A stretch of DNA of 64,000 bases from Balanoglossus misakiensis (taxonomy: Eukaryota; Animalia; Hemichordata), in the NCBI GenBank assembly GCA_040954595.2, contig CM082584.2, positions 4,468,110 through 4,532,109 of the forward strand, written 5' to 3'. The notes under the pieces are model-generated. The model saw nothing but the letters and a program-made list of their open reading frames with translations. It did no database searches and was not told the origin of the DNA. Of the stretch, positions 52,880-64,000 are shown one piece after another. Within the stretch, counting starts at the first letter, position 1; the number at the start of each line of letters is the position of its first letter. Both the position numbers and the translations under genes were made by a program.

Positions 52880-54925
52880 CTTTATGTACTTATATGTGCA
52901 CAGCAGGTACTATTTTTGTCCACGAATACGTCACAAGGCCTTTAGCGGGAGAAAGCGATTGGTTTGCTCGCCGAAGATTACACCCTATCAAGCGTACGTT
53001 TTGTCAATCGCTCCTCAAGGATGGAAAGGCGCATACCGGAAACAGGAAGTATTGATCACGTGTACAATGTAACGCCGCTTCTTATTGGCTCTCATGTCCA
53101 CTCACCCACCTGTTGAGTCCGATGTCTGCTGCCAAGGCAAAACAGAAACAAATCGGCCATGAAAAATAAGGATTGAACTCTTGACAGATATACTGGTAGA
53201 TTTCAAATGTATAAACGTATTTTAAAAAATTGGACAGGAATAACATGCTTAAAATTAAATGGAATGGAACATAAAATTAACTTTTATTTATACATGTAAT
53301 TATGATCACTTGCTTTTTCTTAGCAAAGGGGTAATTAATTTCTCACTATTTTGCAGGTTTAATATGCACTGACATTATATTGCACATCGAGCGGTGTTAT
53401 GCATGTACTAGTATTTCCTGTATTCTTGATATCAGCTGAAAGGTCAAAAACAGCCGGGGGACTTTGTCCTTAAAGGCGTACCGTACCGTTCATCTGACGT
53501 AAATGGTACTAGTCTTTTCTACGTTAATATTGAAATAAAAGTGATACAGACACATATTTAAATCTAACATTGAGTATCAATATCAATATCAACTATTGCA
53601 ATGTAATAATTTGCTATGAGAATGCGCAACAAATTAACTCATTTGAAGAAATCTGGAATTATTTGATGCAGTTATAAAGTAGATGTCGTCCAAGCCTAAA
53701 TCAATAAACAGATATACGTGTTGAGGCAAAAACTGGATAAAGGAAATGAAGTACATTTGGTGGAAATTAGAAATTATGGGCATAAAAATAAGAATTTATT
53801 GTGCATTCAAGACAAATGTCATGCACTGAGCACCTGGCCATTCTGTATGATCGTGTCATTTTCTTGTTGAAGATCTGCAATAACATTTTTTTTCAGTTTT
53901 GATTGTTTTTCCATCCTGCAAATGATTGAACTATAATACATATATCCACTAAATGTGTCAATTTAATGTCAAAAGTGATAATTTACATTATCACAGGGAA
54001 AATGTGTATGTCATACACACTCACGAAAGAATTCAATGTGGCTTGATGATAAACAAAACATGAAACATGAATTTTGAAAACATTACTGAAGAACGGTAGC
54101 TTATGGCTGTTTAACAACTAATCTCAGTTTCAGTGTTGCCACATCAGTGATCATGATTTCCTCTCAATGGTATTTGACACCTGCTTTGTTATTTTCCATA
54201 TTTAATGAGTTATGAGTGCTAGTGAGAGTGACTATATATTAACATATAGTATTTAATACCTTTGCGCCTCATTACACTAATCGCAAATGTATAAGAATGA
54301 GTCATCTGACTTGACCAATGAATTCTGCTTATGATGTCACAGTAGTATAGGTCGTTTTCGGTACAAGCTGTGATAGCACAAACAATCAAATCCTCACAAA
54401 ATTTCAGTCTGAGAATTTGCCCAAATATTTCACTAACCAAATAATGATACTGTACCAAGTTACTGTACCATGTAATTGTAATAAATGTTTTGAAAGTATC
54501 CAAATTCCACGAAAAAAATTGTTTAGACGTTTCCGTTCGCAAATATGCTATATCCACCTTCCTCTCGAGGCTCTGGTCCTACATTCTGATTTATAAAGAA
54601 TGTCCGGCATCAGACATCTAGATCAATCTGATAAAAGAATCAGATGTAGAGTGCGGCATTCTTTTTATGCTGCCCCGGCCGGGGTCTCTCGCTGGGGTCT
54701 CTTGTACCCGGCCGTAACAGCGCAGCCAGCGGCAGTTCTCTGGAGCAACGCTAGACACGAGCTTTTGCGAGATTGTGCGAGAGGAAAACAATATTCACGC
54801 AGTTGGCATGCGCACAAAGATGACATACCGGTTGCAGAGCTGATTTGAGGTTGTAGTGATTAGTAGTGGTAGACGAAGGACGAAGATAAACGTTAATCAG
54901 GAAGAGTTCGTGCACATCGCAAATC

Positions 54926-57595
54926 ATGTTTGACGTGGCATTGTCGGACGCTGGGGCGAAAGTTGTACTAGCGACTTCAAGTGATGAACAACACCCACCA
55001 GAAAATATGATTGACGGGCAAGTCTTTCGTTACGACTTGTAATATTGTTGTTGCTTGGCCATGATCATCATGGCATGATTTGCCACATGACATTTCATGA
55101 TGCCAACTGCTCTATTTTGCCAGCTGGCGTTTGACGTTTTGGACATTGGAATTCGGCGAAATGGCCAAAAACATACGGTATATTACGGTATACTAAGTAT
55201 AATACACCAGATCCTGTTCTTCGATATGTGTAAGCACAGGTTACCATGGCAACTTTAAGGAGGCAAGAGAGGCATAGTTTAGACTGAAAACTTGTAAAGA
55301 CCATTCGCTTCTCAGCGGTTCAAATAACACATGAATTGAACCCACCAGCCTGTACAGTATTTATACAAAGGTGTACTTGTACACTAGCTGAAATGATTGT
55401 AGCAGGTGCTGCCAGATTGGTGATGTGTTCGCAGCCCAACTGTACACCAATGTCTTTAACTTTCGAATTTCATTACATTACAGGAAGTCAGAAACATTCT
55501 GGGCAACAACAGGTTTATTTCCACAAGAATTTATTATTAGTTTCTCAGGATTGATGAATATGAATTCTATCAAATTGGAGACATATCAAAGTAAGTAGCT
55601 GTATAGGTGTGCTAAAAAGTCTACTGTCATTATGTAATTTTTTTTTACAAGTAAGTAATAATGAGATTTAACTCATACATTTATTTCCTTGATAAAAAAA
55701 TTCAATGGAGAACGAAAAGATTGACAACCTGTTAAAGCCCCATGAGCTACAACTCAACAAAAGATTTTAAGCTATAAATAATAAATAATCTTGCATATAT
55801 ATGTTTTGATTCTGTCTACATGTATTAAGTTATATTGCCTCATAATATATCAAGAAAACACTTATTTATGACAAATTGGCCAAAAAATAAAAGAGATATC
55901 AGTACAGTCAAAAATGCCTGCAATTAAAAAAAGTGCAATATTGCAATGAAAAATAAAAAATGTAATGTCTCAGTGGAGTACATTTATTTCCATGTGTTTC
56001 CGTGGATGCGATTATGCTTTGTTTATGAAGTTTCATAGTGGGAAATGCACTTGTATAAATGTGAAAACCAGGAATTGAGAAGAAAGGCCATAGTAGAGAG
56101 ATCTATTTACTATGTTTTCACTTCAAAATAACTTCTTCTTTGATATTTTGGGGGTTGCCTCTACCACGGATGTACCACATTCATGCCTCTACTTTAGCCA
56201 TTATGGGGCATATCATGGATAAGCGCAATTTTCATGGCATTTCTTCTTGTCCAGTCAGTGTGACACCGGCTATACTTCATTTTTGACGCCTGTAACAAAA
56301 TTTTTCTACATCCCGGTCATCGTGTCACTTTCAAAATCACATGACAACGAGAATTTTATTGTATCAATCATATCCATACTCACATTGCTGCATGGATCAG
56401 TAATAACTCATCAGATGGCACAAATAATTTTCGTTTCCTGACATTTACTGTCTGTCTGCACTTGATATTTGCAGTTCACAAAATGAGTGTTGAAAGGAGT
56501 GTCAAAGCTGATCCCGAAGATTTTGAAATCTTGGCAGAAAAAGAATTCACTCCTACAGATGCAGCCTTACAAATTGAAGAATTTCTAGTAAGTAAAAAAG
56601 TTGCAGGATGCATAAAATTCCTGAATGTAAATTCCCTGACTCATTACAGACCAGGGATAGAATTCAAATTCATTTCATGTGACAAACATTTGCCTCTGAA
56701 AATTGCAAATTTATGATTGCAGATTAAGCATGTACATTATATATCAGCGGTTCAAGAGTGGGCTGGTCCGAGATCTGACACTTCATGATTTCTGATGTGG
56801 ATTAGAGCAAAAGTAACCATAGTCTGCAGACCAAACACTGATTGTTTTGTTGTATATTATACCAGTTGTTAAAGTTGCTTGGGCTAAAAAATTTGGACAT
56901 CAAAGAGTTACTGGTCAAATTGATTTAAAAGTTGTTTGAAGGTACTTTAGGTACAGCTTTACTGCTTATGTAGATTTGGGAATTTTCTAATTTACCTTTC
57001 TTCACTTTTTGATAAAAATCACTGTTTTATGTTCAAACTGCTAATTTCCATTGAAAATCATACTTACAAATGTACTACTGAAAGTCATACTATGTTGTTA
57101 CATGTAGCTATACAAATTACCCTGGTACCAAAAAGTGTTAACTGTTTCATATAGACTGGGGGGGGGGGGGGGGGGGGGGTTCACCCCCGATGACATGTTG
57201 GCACCCTCTAGCAGTTTGCCAAGGGGGACCAGTGCCCCTAAAAATGATGTCATTCATTCACATGTTGGAGATTTTACAGTCTCCATTGCCAGAGTGGAAT
57301 CCCCCCCCCCCCTAAAAAAAAAAAAAAAAAAAAAATTCTGGCCAAGGGGGATATACCCCCACCCCTCTCTTGATGGCATCCTGAATGAAACACTGGGTAC
57401 ATGTATCAGTACTGAAGATTAACATTTGTATTCACATATGGGCGATGAAAATTTCACTTTGATCATCTTGATTATGCTTTCTTTCAGTTTGATGCCGCAA
57501 CGTCTGCTACACACGTGAGACTCGTAATCAAATCTGGATATGACCATTTTGTATCAGTCCATAAAGTGTATGTGGATGGAACTGCTGTCAGATAG
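54926..57595 (+). CDS. IFT25: Intraflagellar transport protein 25 (HSPB11), 139 aa
   Basis: Exons 54926-55017 (MFDVALSDAGAKVVLATSSDEQHPPENMIDG), 55484-55590 (ETFWATTGLFPQEFIISF), 56475-56587 (LQIEEF), 57488-57595 (ATHVRLVIKSGYDHFVSVHKVYVDG). 420 nt. Intron 1 needs a GC donor. AATAAA at 57831. Confidence 0.93.
55240..55253. promoter_or_regulatory. RFX X-box in IFT25 intron 1
   Basis: GTTACCATGGCAAC, a near-perfect palindromic X-box ~310 bp from the ATG of a ciliary gene. Confidence 0.65.
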
Positions 57596-58059
57596 AAGAT
57601 CAAAACACAAAGAAACTACACTATAAAATACATGTTGATGTTGATATTTTGTATATTTCAATGATAGAGAATTTTTGCAATATGGCACATGTATCTGCAA
57701 CACTGACCATGTAAGATGCTCAAACCAATGTTTTACATAATTTTAAAGTCTTTATTGAGTCAAATTGAACACAAGAAAAATTGTAGAAAAAGTTTCTTTA
57801 TTTTGTAAATATAGTTTGTTTGCTTTATGGAATAAAACATTCACTATTTATGGCATTGTCGTCTGTTGCATGGTGTACTTATTAATCAATCAACTTTAGA
57901 GTTCTTTTCCTGCTGGTTGATATGACATTTGAAAGGGTCAATACTTTCGTAGTATTTTTATGTCATTTTGTTCCAAGTTTAACAAAGCGAACAGGGTCTA
58001 TCTGGTATGTGAGACTCTGTGATCAAGTGAGATAGGGTGTATGATTTTGTATGTATTAA

Positions 58060-58472
58060 GGATGTACGCGCAGAACATAAACCGGAAACAGTGCGCGCCC
58101 GGTCTTTTTCCCATAGGATTACATTGATAATCGCCAGAAAACAAACTTCTAATATTGTCATTTTCACGAAATTTTACACATAGCTAAGTCCAGCAAATAT
58201 AAATTCATTGGTAAAACAAAATATAGGGGTCACCGCGCTCTATTTTGAGATAAATTGCGTTAAAAATGTTGCCTATAGACAAACCATTGGTGAAAAATGC
58301 TGAGTCAGCAGATTTCTTCTATTATCGACCAAATTCATAGCTCTGTATTTCAAAAGCAAGCGCGGTGACCCCTATATTTTATTACGAATTTTCATTATAC
58401 ATACAAAGGAGAATCCAAAAATCCACAATTTAAAAAAATGACAATACTTTCAATTTTACTGAACGTACATCC
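58060..58472. mobile_element. TTAA-target MITE (family 2)
   Basis: TTAA|GGATGTACGCGCAG ... CTGAACGTACATCC|TTAA. The interior is the reverse complement of 610-946. Confidence 0.85.
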
Positions 58473-58909
58473 TTAAAAGTTCTGCACAACAAATCAAAAG
58501 GGACAAGCAGAAATGCTAACCAGTCAGACCACACTTGTATACCGGTTGCTCCTTTACACAGATCACATGATTTTCCAGAGAGACTTATTTTGTGCCCACA
58601 AACCACTGTTCCTGTCATCTTGATTTTAGTTAATTTATTTCAAAATAAAAATAATTATAATTGGACCAGACACTATGAGTAGACACATTGTACAAAATGA
58701 AACTGCCTTTAAGAACAGGGAGGTTTTATTGTTATGGTAATAAAAATTGAATTTGCACACCACCTGTTTCCTAGACAGATTTTCTTAATGTGCTTTTGGG
58801 AGATTTTTTTTCTTATGCACTGTTAACAGTCACTGGTTGAGGGTGTTCGACCATAGGCCCTGGAGCTCCAGGATCTATGGTTAGACAAGGGAGCAGTTTT
58901 GGTAAAAGG

Positions 58910-59080
58910 CAATCTGACTAAAATCAGATGTAGGGTACGGTGACATCTTTTACTTACATGGTAAGGTATTCTTATGCTGTCGCCTCGCACTATACAATTG
59001 TGTGAGGCGATAGCATAAGAATACCGTAATGCGTAAGTAAAAGACGTTGTCGTACCCTACATCTGATTTAAATCAGATTG
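58910..59080. repeat. Long imperfect palindrome / fold-back element (~80-bp arms)
   Basis: CAATCTGA..AAATCAGATGTAGGGTACG..TCTTTTACTTAC..GGTATTCTTATGCTGTCGCCTCGCAC / GTGTGAGGCGATAGCATAAGAATACC..GTAAGTAAAAGA..CGTACCCTACATCTGATTT..TCAGATTG. Confidence 0.85.
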
Positions 59081-60430
59081 GGTAAAAGGTAGTCATAGCA
59101 TCCTTAAAGTCAATTGGAAGATTTTTGATATTTTAATAGGGAATGAAGAGGATGTAGGGTGCAATTAGTCGAGGTCAAGTATCATTCAAAGGTGAAGAAA
59201 GCGAATAATCACACAGATACACACACTGAGCATCACTGATTGTCATGGTCAAGTATTGTTGATGCAACTGATGCAAAAGCACAAACAGTTATAGTTTATG
59301 CAAATACATGAATATGAGACTGAGGTAACACTGACGGCTGGAAACATCAAGTAAGGCGCTTTTTCTCCCACGATTGAAAAAAAAACAAAAACAAAACGAA
59401 GTCCTAAAATGCAACTTGTGCCACTATTTTTGTCTGCTTTTGTGGAAAATCGTGCAAGTTATACTTTGCAAAATTGACTTTTTGAACGCAGAGCCAGCAC
59501 AGTAGTCAGACTGAACTTCCCCTTTAATCAGTTTTCAAAATTTATAACAATTATTGATTTCCAATTTTCATGACCCCTACTCTCCACTTGACATTTACAT
59601 CTTAGTATTTCCAGTGTTAATTTTGTAGTCTGAATTTTGTGCAAGATACATGTAGAGTTTTGCCTGAAAACTGAGTTACAGTCGCATATATATTAAACAA
59701 TGGTTTGATTGAAATTCATTTTCGGGATGGGATGAGCTGAAGATCAATGACCCCCTAACTCAGTGATAGTAAAAAATCGACCGAAACACCTTCATCAAGA
59801 GGAAGAAGACTTGCCTGGCTGTGAGAGGCTGTGAGGGGCCGGGGGTATGTTTTCATAGAAGCACTTCACTTACACACAGATCGATCGATCCGCTGGTCAA
59901 GTCCAAAGTACACACATTCGTCATCCGCGGGACTCATATACTTGAACGCATAATCGAACCTGTAGATTGCAAATGTAGTGTTGAAAGAAGATGTATCATA
60001 GCAACGCTCCCCCCAACCAGGGCCCCGCCACTCAATTCGTAACCGCGTCTACATAATTTTCCTTCGCGTAGGATGTATTCGCATTCCCGGACAGCAGAAG
60101 TGGCTGTGTAGCGGCAATTGACACCGTTCAAGTACATCGTCATTCAATGTTGCGGGCCGGACGTAATCAGCGCGAAACTGTCGGATAAAAAGCGCTTTTT
60201 TTGTCCGCCACTTGTCTTCGGGTGGACGCATCAGTGTTATGATAACAGCAGCCAATGGAATGCGCGTTGAAGGGAGCCGCCAAATTTGTATGAACTCGAG
60301 TGTATATGTCTGTGACCAGCTGTGATACGCGTACATCGTTTTTTATCATCGAATGTCCATTATTTATAACCCGATCGAAGGAAAGAAATCCTAGCAGCTG
60401 CAATTAAGTTGCACGGAAACTGATCGGTTC

Positions 60431-60582
60431 ATGACACCTTCTGTTGAGGATTGTTCGATGTCCTCAAAACATGCAATGGACGAAACGATGAACAAGTATG
60501 TTGGATTATCGAAACCCACTACACTGAAGATTGGGCCGAAAATTGAGGTGACAAGCCAAGACTTGGATTCAGAAGACGTACG
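60431..60582 (+). CDS. Possible first coding exon of an unidentified gene that continues beyond the window
   Basis: CpG-rich region ~59800-60670. Open frame MTPSVEDCSMSSKHAMDETMNKYVGLSKPTTLKIGPKIEVTSQDLDSEDV ends at a CG|GTGAGA donor. No family recognised and no downstream exon found. Confidence 0.3.
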
Positions 60583-61264
60583 GTGAGATAAATTGCACCG
60601 TCGGTCTTTTTATAGTTGTGCGTACAGGTCTGTGTAAACGCCCGAACACACATACCTGTACGCAGGGCTAGGTCTTTACACAATGGGCTCTGTTTAATAT
60701 ACAGTACAGGTTGATAATGGCATTTCTTGGAAATTTATAACTTAAACCATTTGCCTCGGGTTGGTGGCAGGGCTGATCAATTTGCTTTGGAACATGGCAA
60801 AAAGTTGCCGACCCCTCGAAAAAAGCAGGGTGACAGACAGATCAAGTGAAAACAGGATTATGTCCCCAGCTGAGCTCAGTATTTTAATCTGAAACTGATT
60901 AACATATATTTACATTGTAATGGAAATTGTGCCATTGTATTAGAAATTCCAAAGGAGAACAAGTGCATCACTGCACTACACTATAGAACAAGAGTAGAAA
61001 ATGTGCATTTTATCCACTGGTCAATAACAGAAAGTCACTGGTAGTCCAATGTATTAGACATTTAAAAAAAATATTATTTTCAATCAAAATTAATTACATA
61101 AATGATATAAACTTTAATTTAATGGTTATGTATGACATGTGAATGTTTCATCTATACTTATAACAACAGACAACAGCTCACATGTGCAACTGTGCAACCA
61201 TACAACCGTAATCAGCCCAACAGAGCTCAACACACAAATTACAATCTCTGTCCTACCAGGCACA

Positions 61265-61411
61265 CTCATAACTTCTCTGTGGTTAGAAGCAATGAGAAGT
61301 AAAGTGCCTTATATGCCAAAGGACACAACACCACAGCCGTGTCGGGGCCCGAACCCACAATTCTCTGATCATGAGTCCACTAGCTGCTCTAGCCACTGGC
61401 CTATGATGCCC
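61265..61411 (-). mobile_element. tRNA-derived SINE (degenerate)
   Basis: Minus strand: GGCATCATAGGCCAGTGGCTAGAGC (A-box-like) ... GTGGGTTCGGGCCCC (B-box-like) ... GTTGTGTCCTTTGGCATATAAGGCACTTTAC, a body motif common in aquatic-animal SINEs. Confidence 0.6.
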
Positions 61412-64000
61412 TCTTGAGGTCTAACCTGACCAGTGGGTTTGGACTGAATCATGGTCATGTGGTGAAAGGGTTAAGCCAGACCTCAGAAGATAAGCCTTCC
61501 TCCATGCCTAGACCAAACTAGTCTGGTTCTGGTCCAAAGTGAAAATTCTAAATGTCTATATTGGTTGTTTTGAGCTGATGCATGATGGCCGGGTAATGCC
61601 AACATATATAATGTCTGATGTGAACCCTGCATAAGTCTACACAGGAATGTGGTATTTGGTTTAAAAAATCAATAATCTCATAAATCCCTAAAGGCTTTGT
61701 ACATGTATTTGGGGGACTTTGATGTTCACACCTGCACACATGACCTTCCCCAAGTGCTTGTTTTTTTTAGAATGTGACCTTTTCCCCAAGTGGCCCTATT
61801 TTGGAAAGCAGACCTAAAGTGACTTTTTCTTTAGCTGAACAGTCCACTTTTACACCAAAATTTGTAAATTTCGGCCCAATGCTTACCCAACAGACATGTA
61901 CAGCGTGGTACCAATCCCTGAGCACCATTAAGTATAAATTTTTCCATGATTGTGCCGTAATATTACATTTTATCAAAACAATAATGTTTGCATATTGAAC
62001 AAAGATGCACACATACATGATGACCAGATTTAATTTGATAAATCCCATAGCGCTTTCAAGTCTGCTATGATTTTCTTCATTTACTATGATCCAGCCGTAT
62101 ATGAAAAAATCATGGTCTGTACAATATAAAACAGAAGAATAATACTGATACAAATCAACGATAGTTTTGAGTTGAGGCACCACCTGGTGGTGAACCAACT
62201 CTTTGCTTTTGTTTACAATTATACACATGCCTGAAGGGCTTACAAGGCCAGTGGAAATATTTTTAACAATATTTTCTTGTTCTCCTTTCGATATTATCGC
62301 CAAATGGCCACTTTGTCAGTGTCATGTGACTATGTTGAGAATATAAATACTTGGTTGAAGGGAGCTAAATAATGAATATAACGGACAAAATTGGCCCTTT
62401 AACATGGCTTGTGCTCTGAATGGATGTCATTTGTGATTTTTAGTCCCCACAGACAAAGTCAGGGGAAGGGCTAATGAATTGAGGTTTGTCCATCCAGAAT
62501 CCCAAGCCATTACTCAGACATGCTACAAGTTTTATTTGATTCAAACTTGGTTCACAGACATCTTTGATTTTTAAAATCCAGAATTACGCGGAAACTATGA
62601 TGAACTTGTGCTAGAAAATCTCAATGGTGTGGCTTGTTTGAAAGAATTTTCTTAGAGATTTTGAAAATGTATGACGAAACCACAAATTTACTATCTCAGA
62701 CACATGTATTATCAAGTTTTTGTCTATTCATTTTTGTGGTACTACTACTAGTCCAGAAGTATTAAGTAAGAATTCAGTAACTTAGTCTCGTGTGGGAAGC
62801 CATTGAGCTCTATCATTGTGATGCCTTAGATGCAGTTACAAACAAATTCTCGGCAATTTCTTAGTATCAATATATGTTAAATACCTGAGTTCCTACATGT
62901 AAAACATTTCTCTTCCACACTTAGGCCTGGACGAAATAACATAAGTGGGATGGCTGATGCAAAATGGCGGTCACTATTTTTCATGCAATGTGAAATATTT
63001 TAATTATTTTACAACATAACCCAAATCAATAAAACCAATCTTTCAACCGTATAGAATTCACTAGTTTCCTACTTCAGGGTATGTGCCAATGTGCCAGTCA
63101 GTTGATCTTTGACTTTTTGATATTTTGCAAATGATTTAGTAGAATCGGAGAATTTTATACTTCTTGTCAAAAAACAGGAAAAGAGAATGACATTATGTAT
63201 TAGAAAAGGAAGTTACTTTTAATATAATCAATATCATCAAAAATGCAAAGTGCAAATTTTCTAAGCTTGGTGTACTTTATAAGCATTGTTGAGGTTGGTT
63301 TTAAGGAACAAAAATTAATTGTGTGGTTCTAATAACCCGACCTACCCAAATTTTTACCTGATGACCAAAAAATCTTACACATGTACCTACATGTACCCAG
63401 TCCCACCCTATTTTTGAAAAACATGTTATTGGAACTAAAAATTTATTTTTCTTGGCCTAATATATAATGCTAGATGGAGTTGTGCTGTCACACTGACTAC
63501 TTGGATTTCCATCAAGGCAAAAACTGCCACAAAATTATGCTTAAAAAATCATGTTTTTGCCATTTTCTGCATTAACATGTGTACAAATGGGTAGAAATAA
63601 ATTCCATGGCTGTAAAAAACAGCAACTCTTTTTGCTCTAAAATTCAAGAAGAGGTATTTTGGGTCAACCTGAAAACTCTTCTGACAACAAGCAGCCATGG
63701 CTTTAATAACCGCAATGCAAGTTTTGGTGAGGCCTGATGTGACATATAATACTTACCAATTTGGCTGATTTGAAAACAAGCTTTTCCTCTGATTTGCTGA
63801 AAATAACTGATATGTTAAACCGACTGTATTTCAATTGTTTTTTTTAGTGTTTTGCTTCTCTGTCAAAATTGTAAATTTAGCCATTAGAATAGATTGATCA
63901 GTTCTCAGATGCTAACTGGTACGCTTAAAACATCATTTGCTTTCCCTCACAATGACCCCCATCACCCAGCCCCCACCCCTACCAGAGTCAACCAGCCCAA

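Noticed and set aside
61767-62303. 178-aa minus-strand ORF
   Set aside because: Non-ATG start, AT-rich low-information sequence, no recognisable domain or splice partners.

Overview
AT-rich, intron-containing animal genomic DNA. An invertebrate deuterostome, possibly a hemichordate, is my inference from the gene and repeat style only; there are no prokaryotic operons, rRNA or CRISPR arrays. I reconstructed seven protein-coding genes by hand from splice sites and reading phase: GTF3C3 (minus, runs off the left edge), a 9-exon secreted protein carrying a bacterial-type solute-binding (SBP family 3 / PBP2) domain, an SLC19A thiamine-transporter-like gene, a secreted C-type lectin + F5/8C protein, an intronless Tctex1-domain dynein light chain, GIPC and IFT25/HSPB11. 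Introns and intergenic DNA carry many non-autonomous DNA transposons. Two observations stand out. (1) A ~8.9 kb intronic block looks like a tandem array but parses as six Helentron/HINE-like elements nested inside one another: five inserted heads match five terminal hairpins, four of them stacked, and two hairpin loops are flip/flop reverse complements. (2) The spliced, signal-peptide-bearing stand-alone periplasmic-binding-protein gene has a Met/Gly-rich repeated pro-region and is a candidate for old bacterium-to-animal gene transfer.
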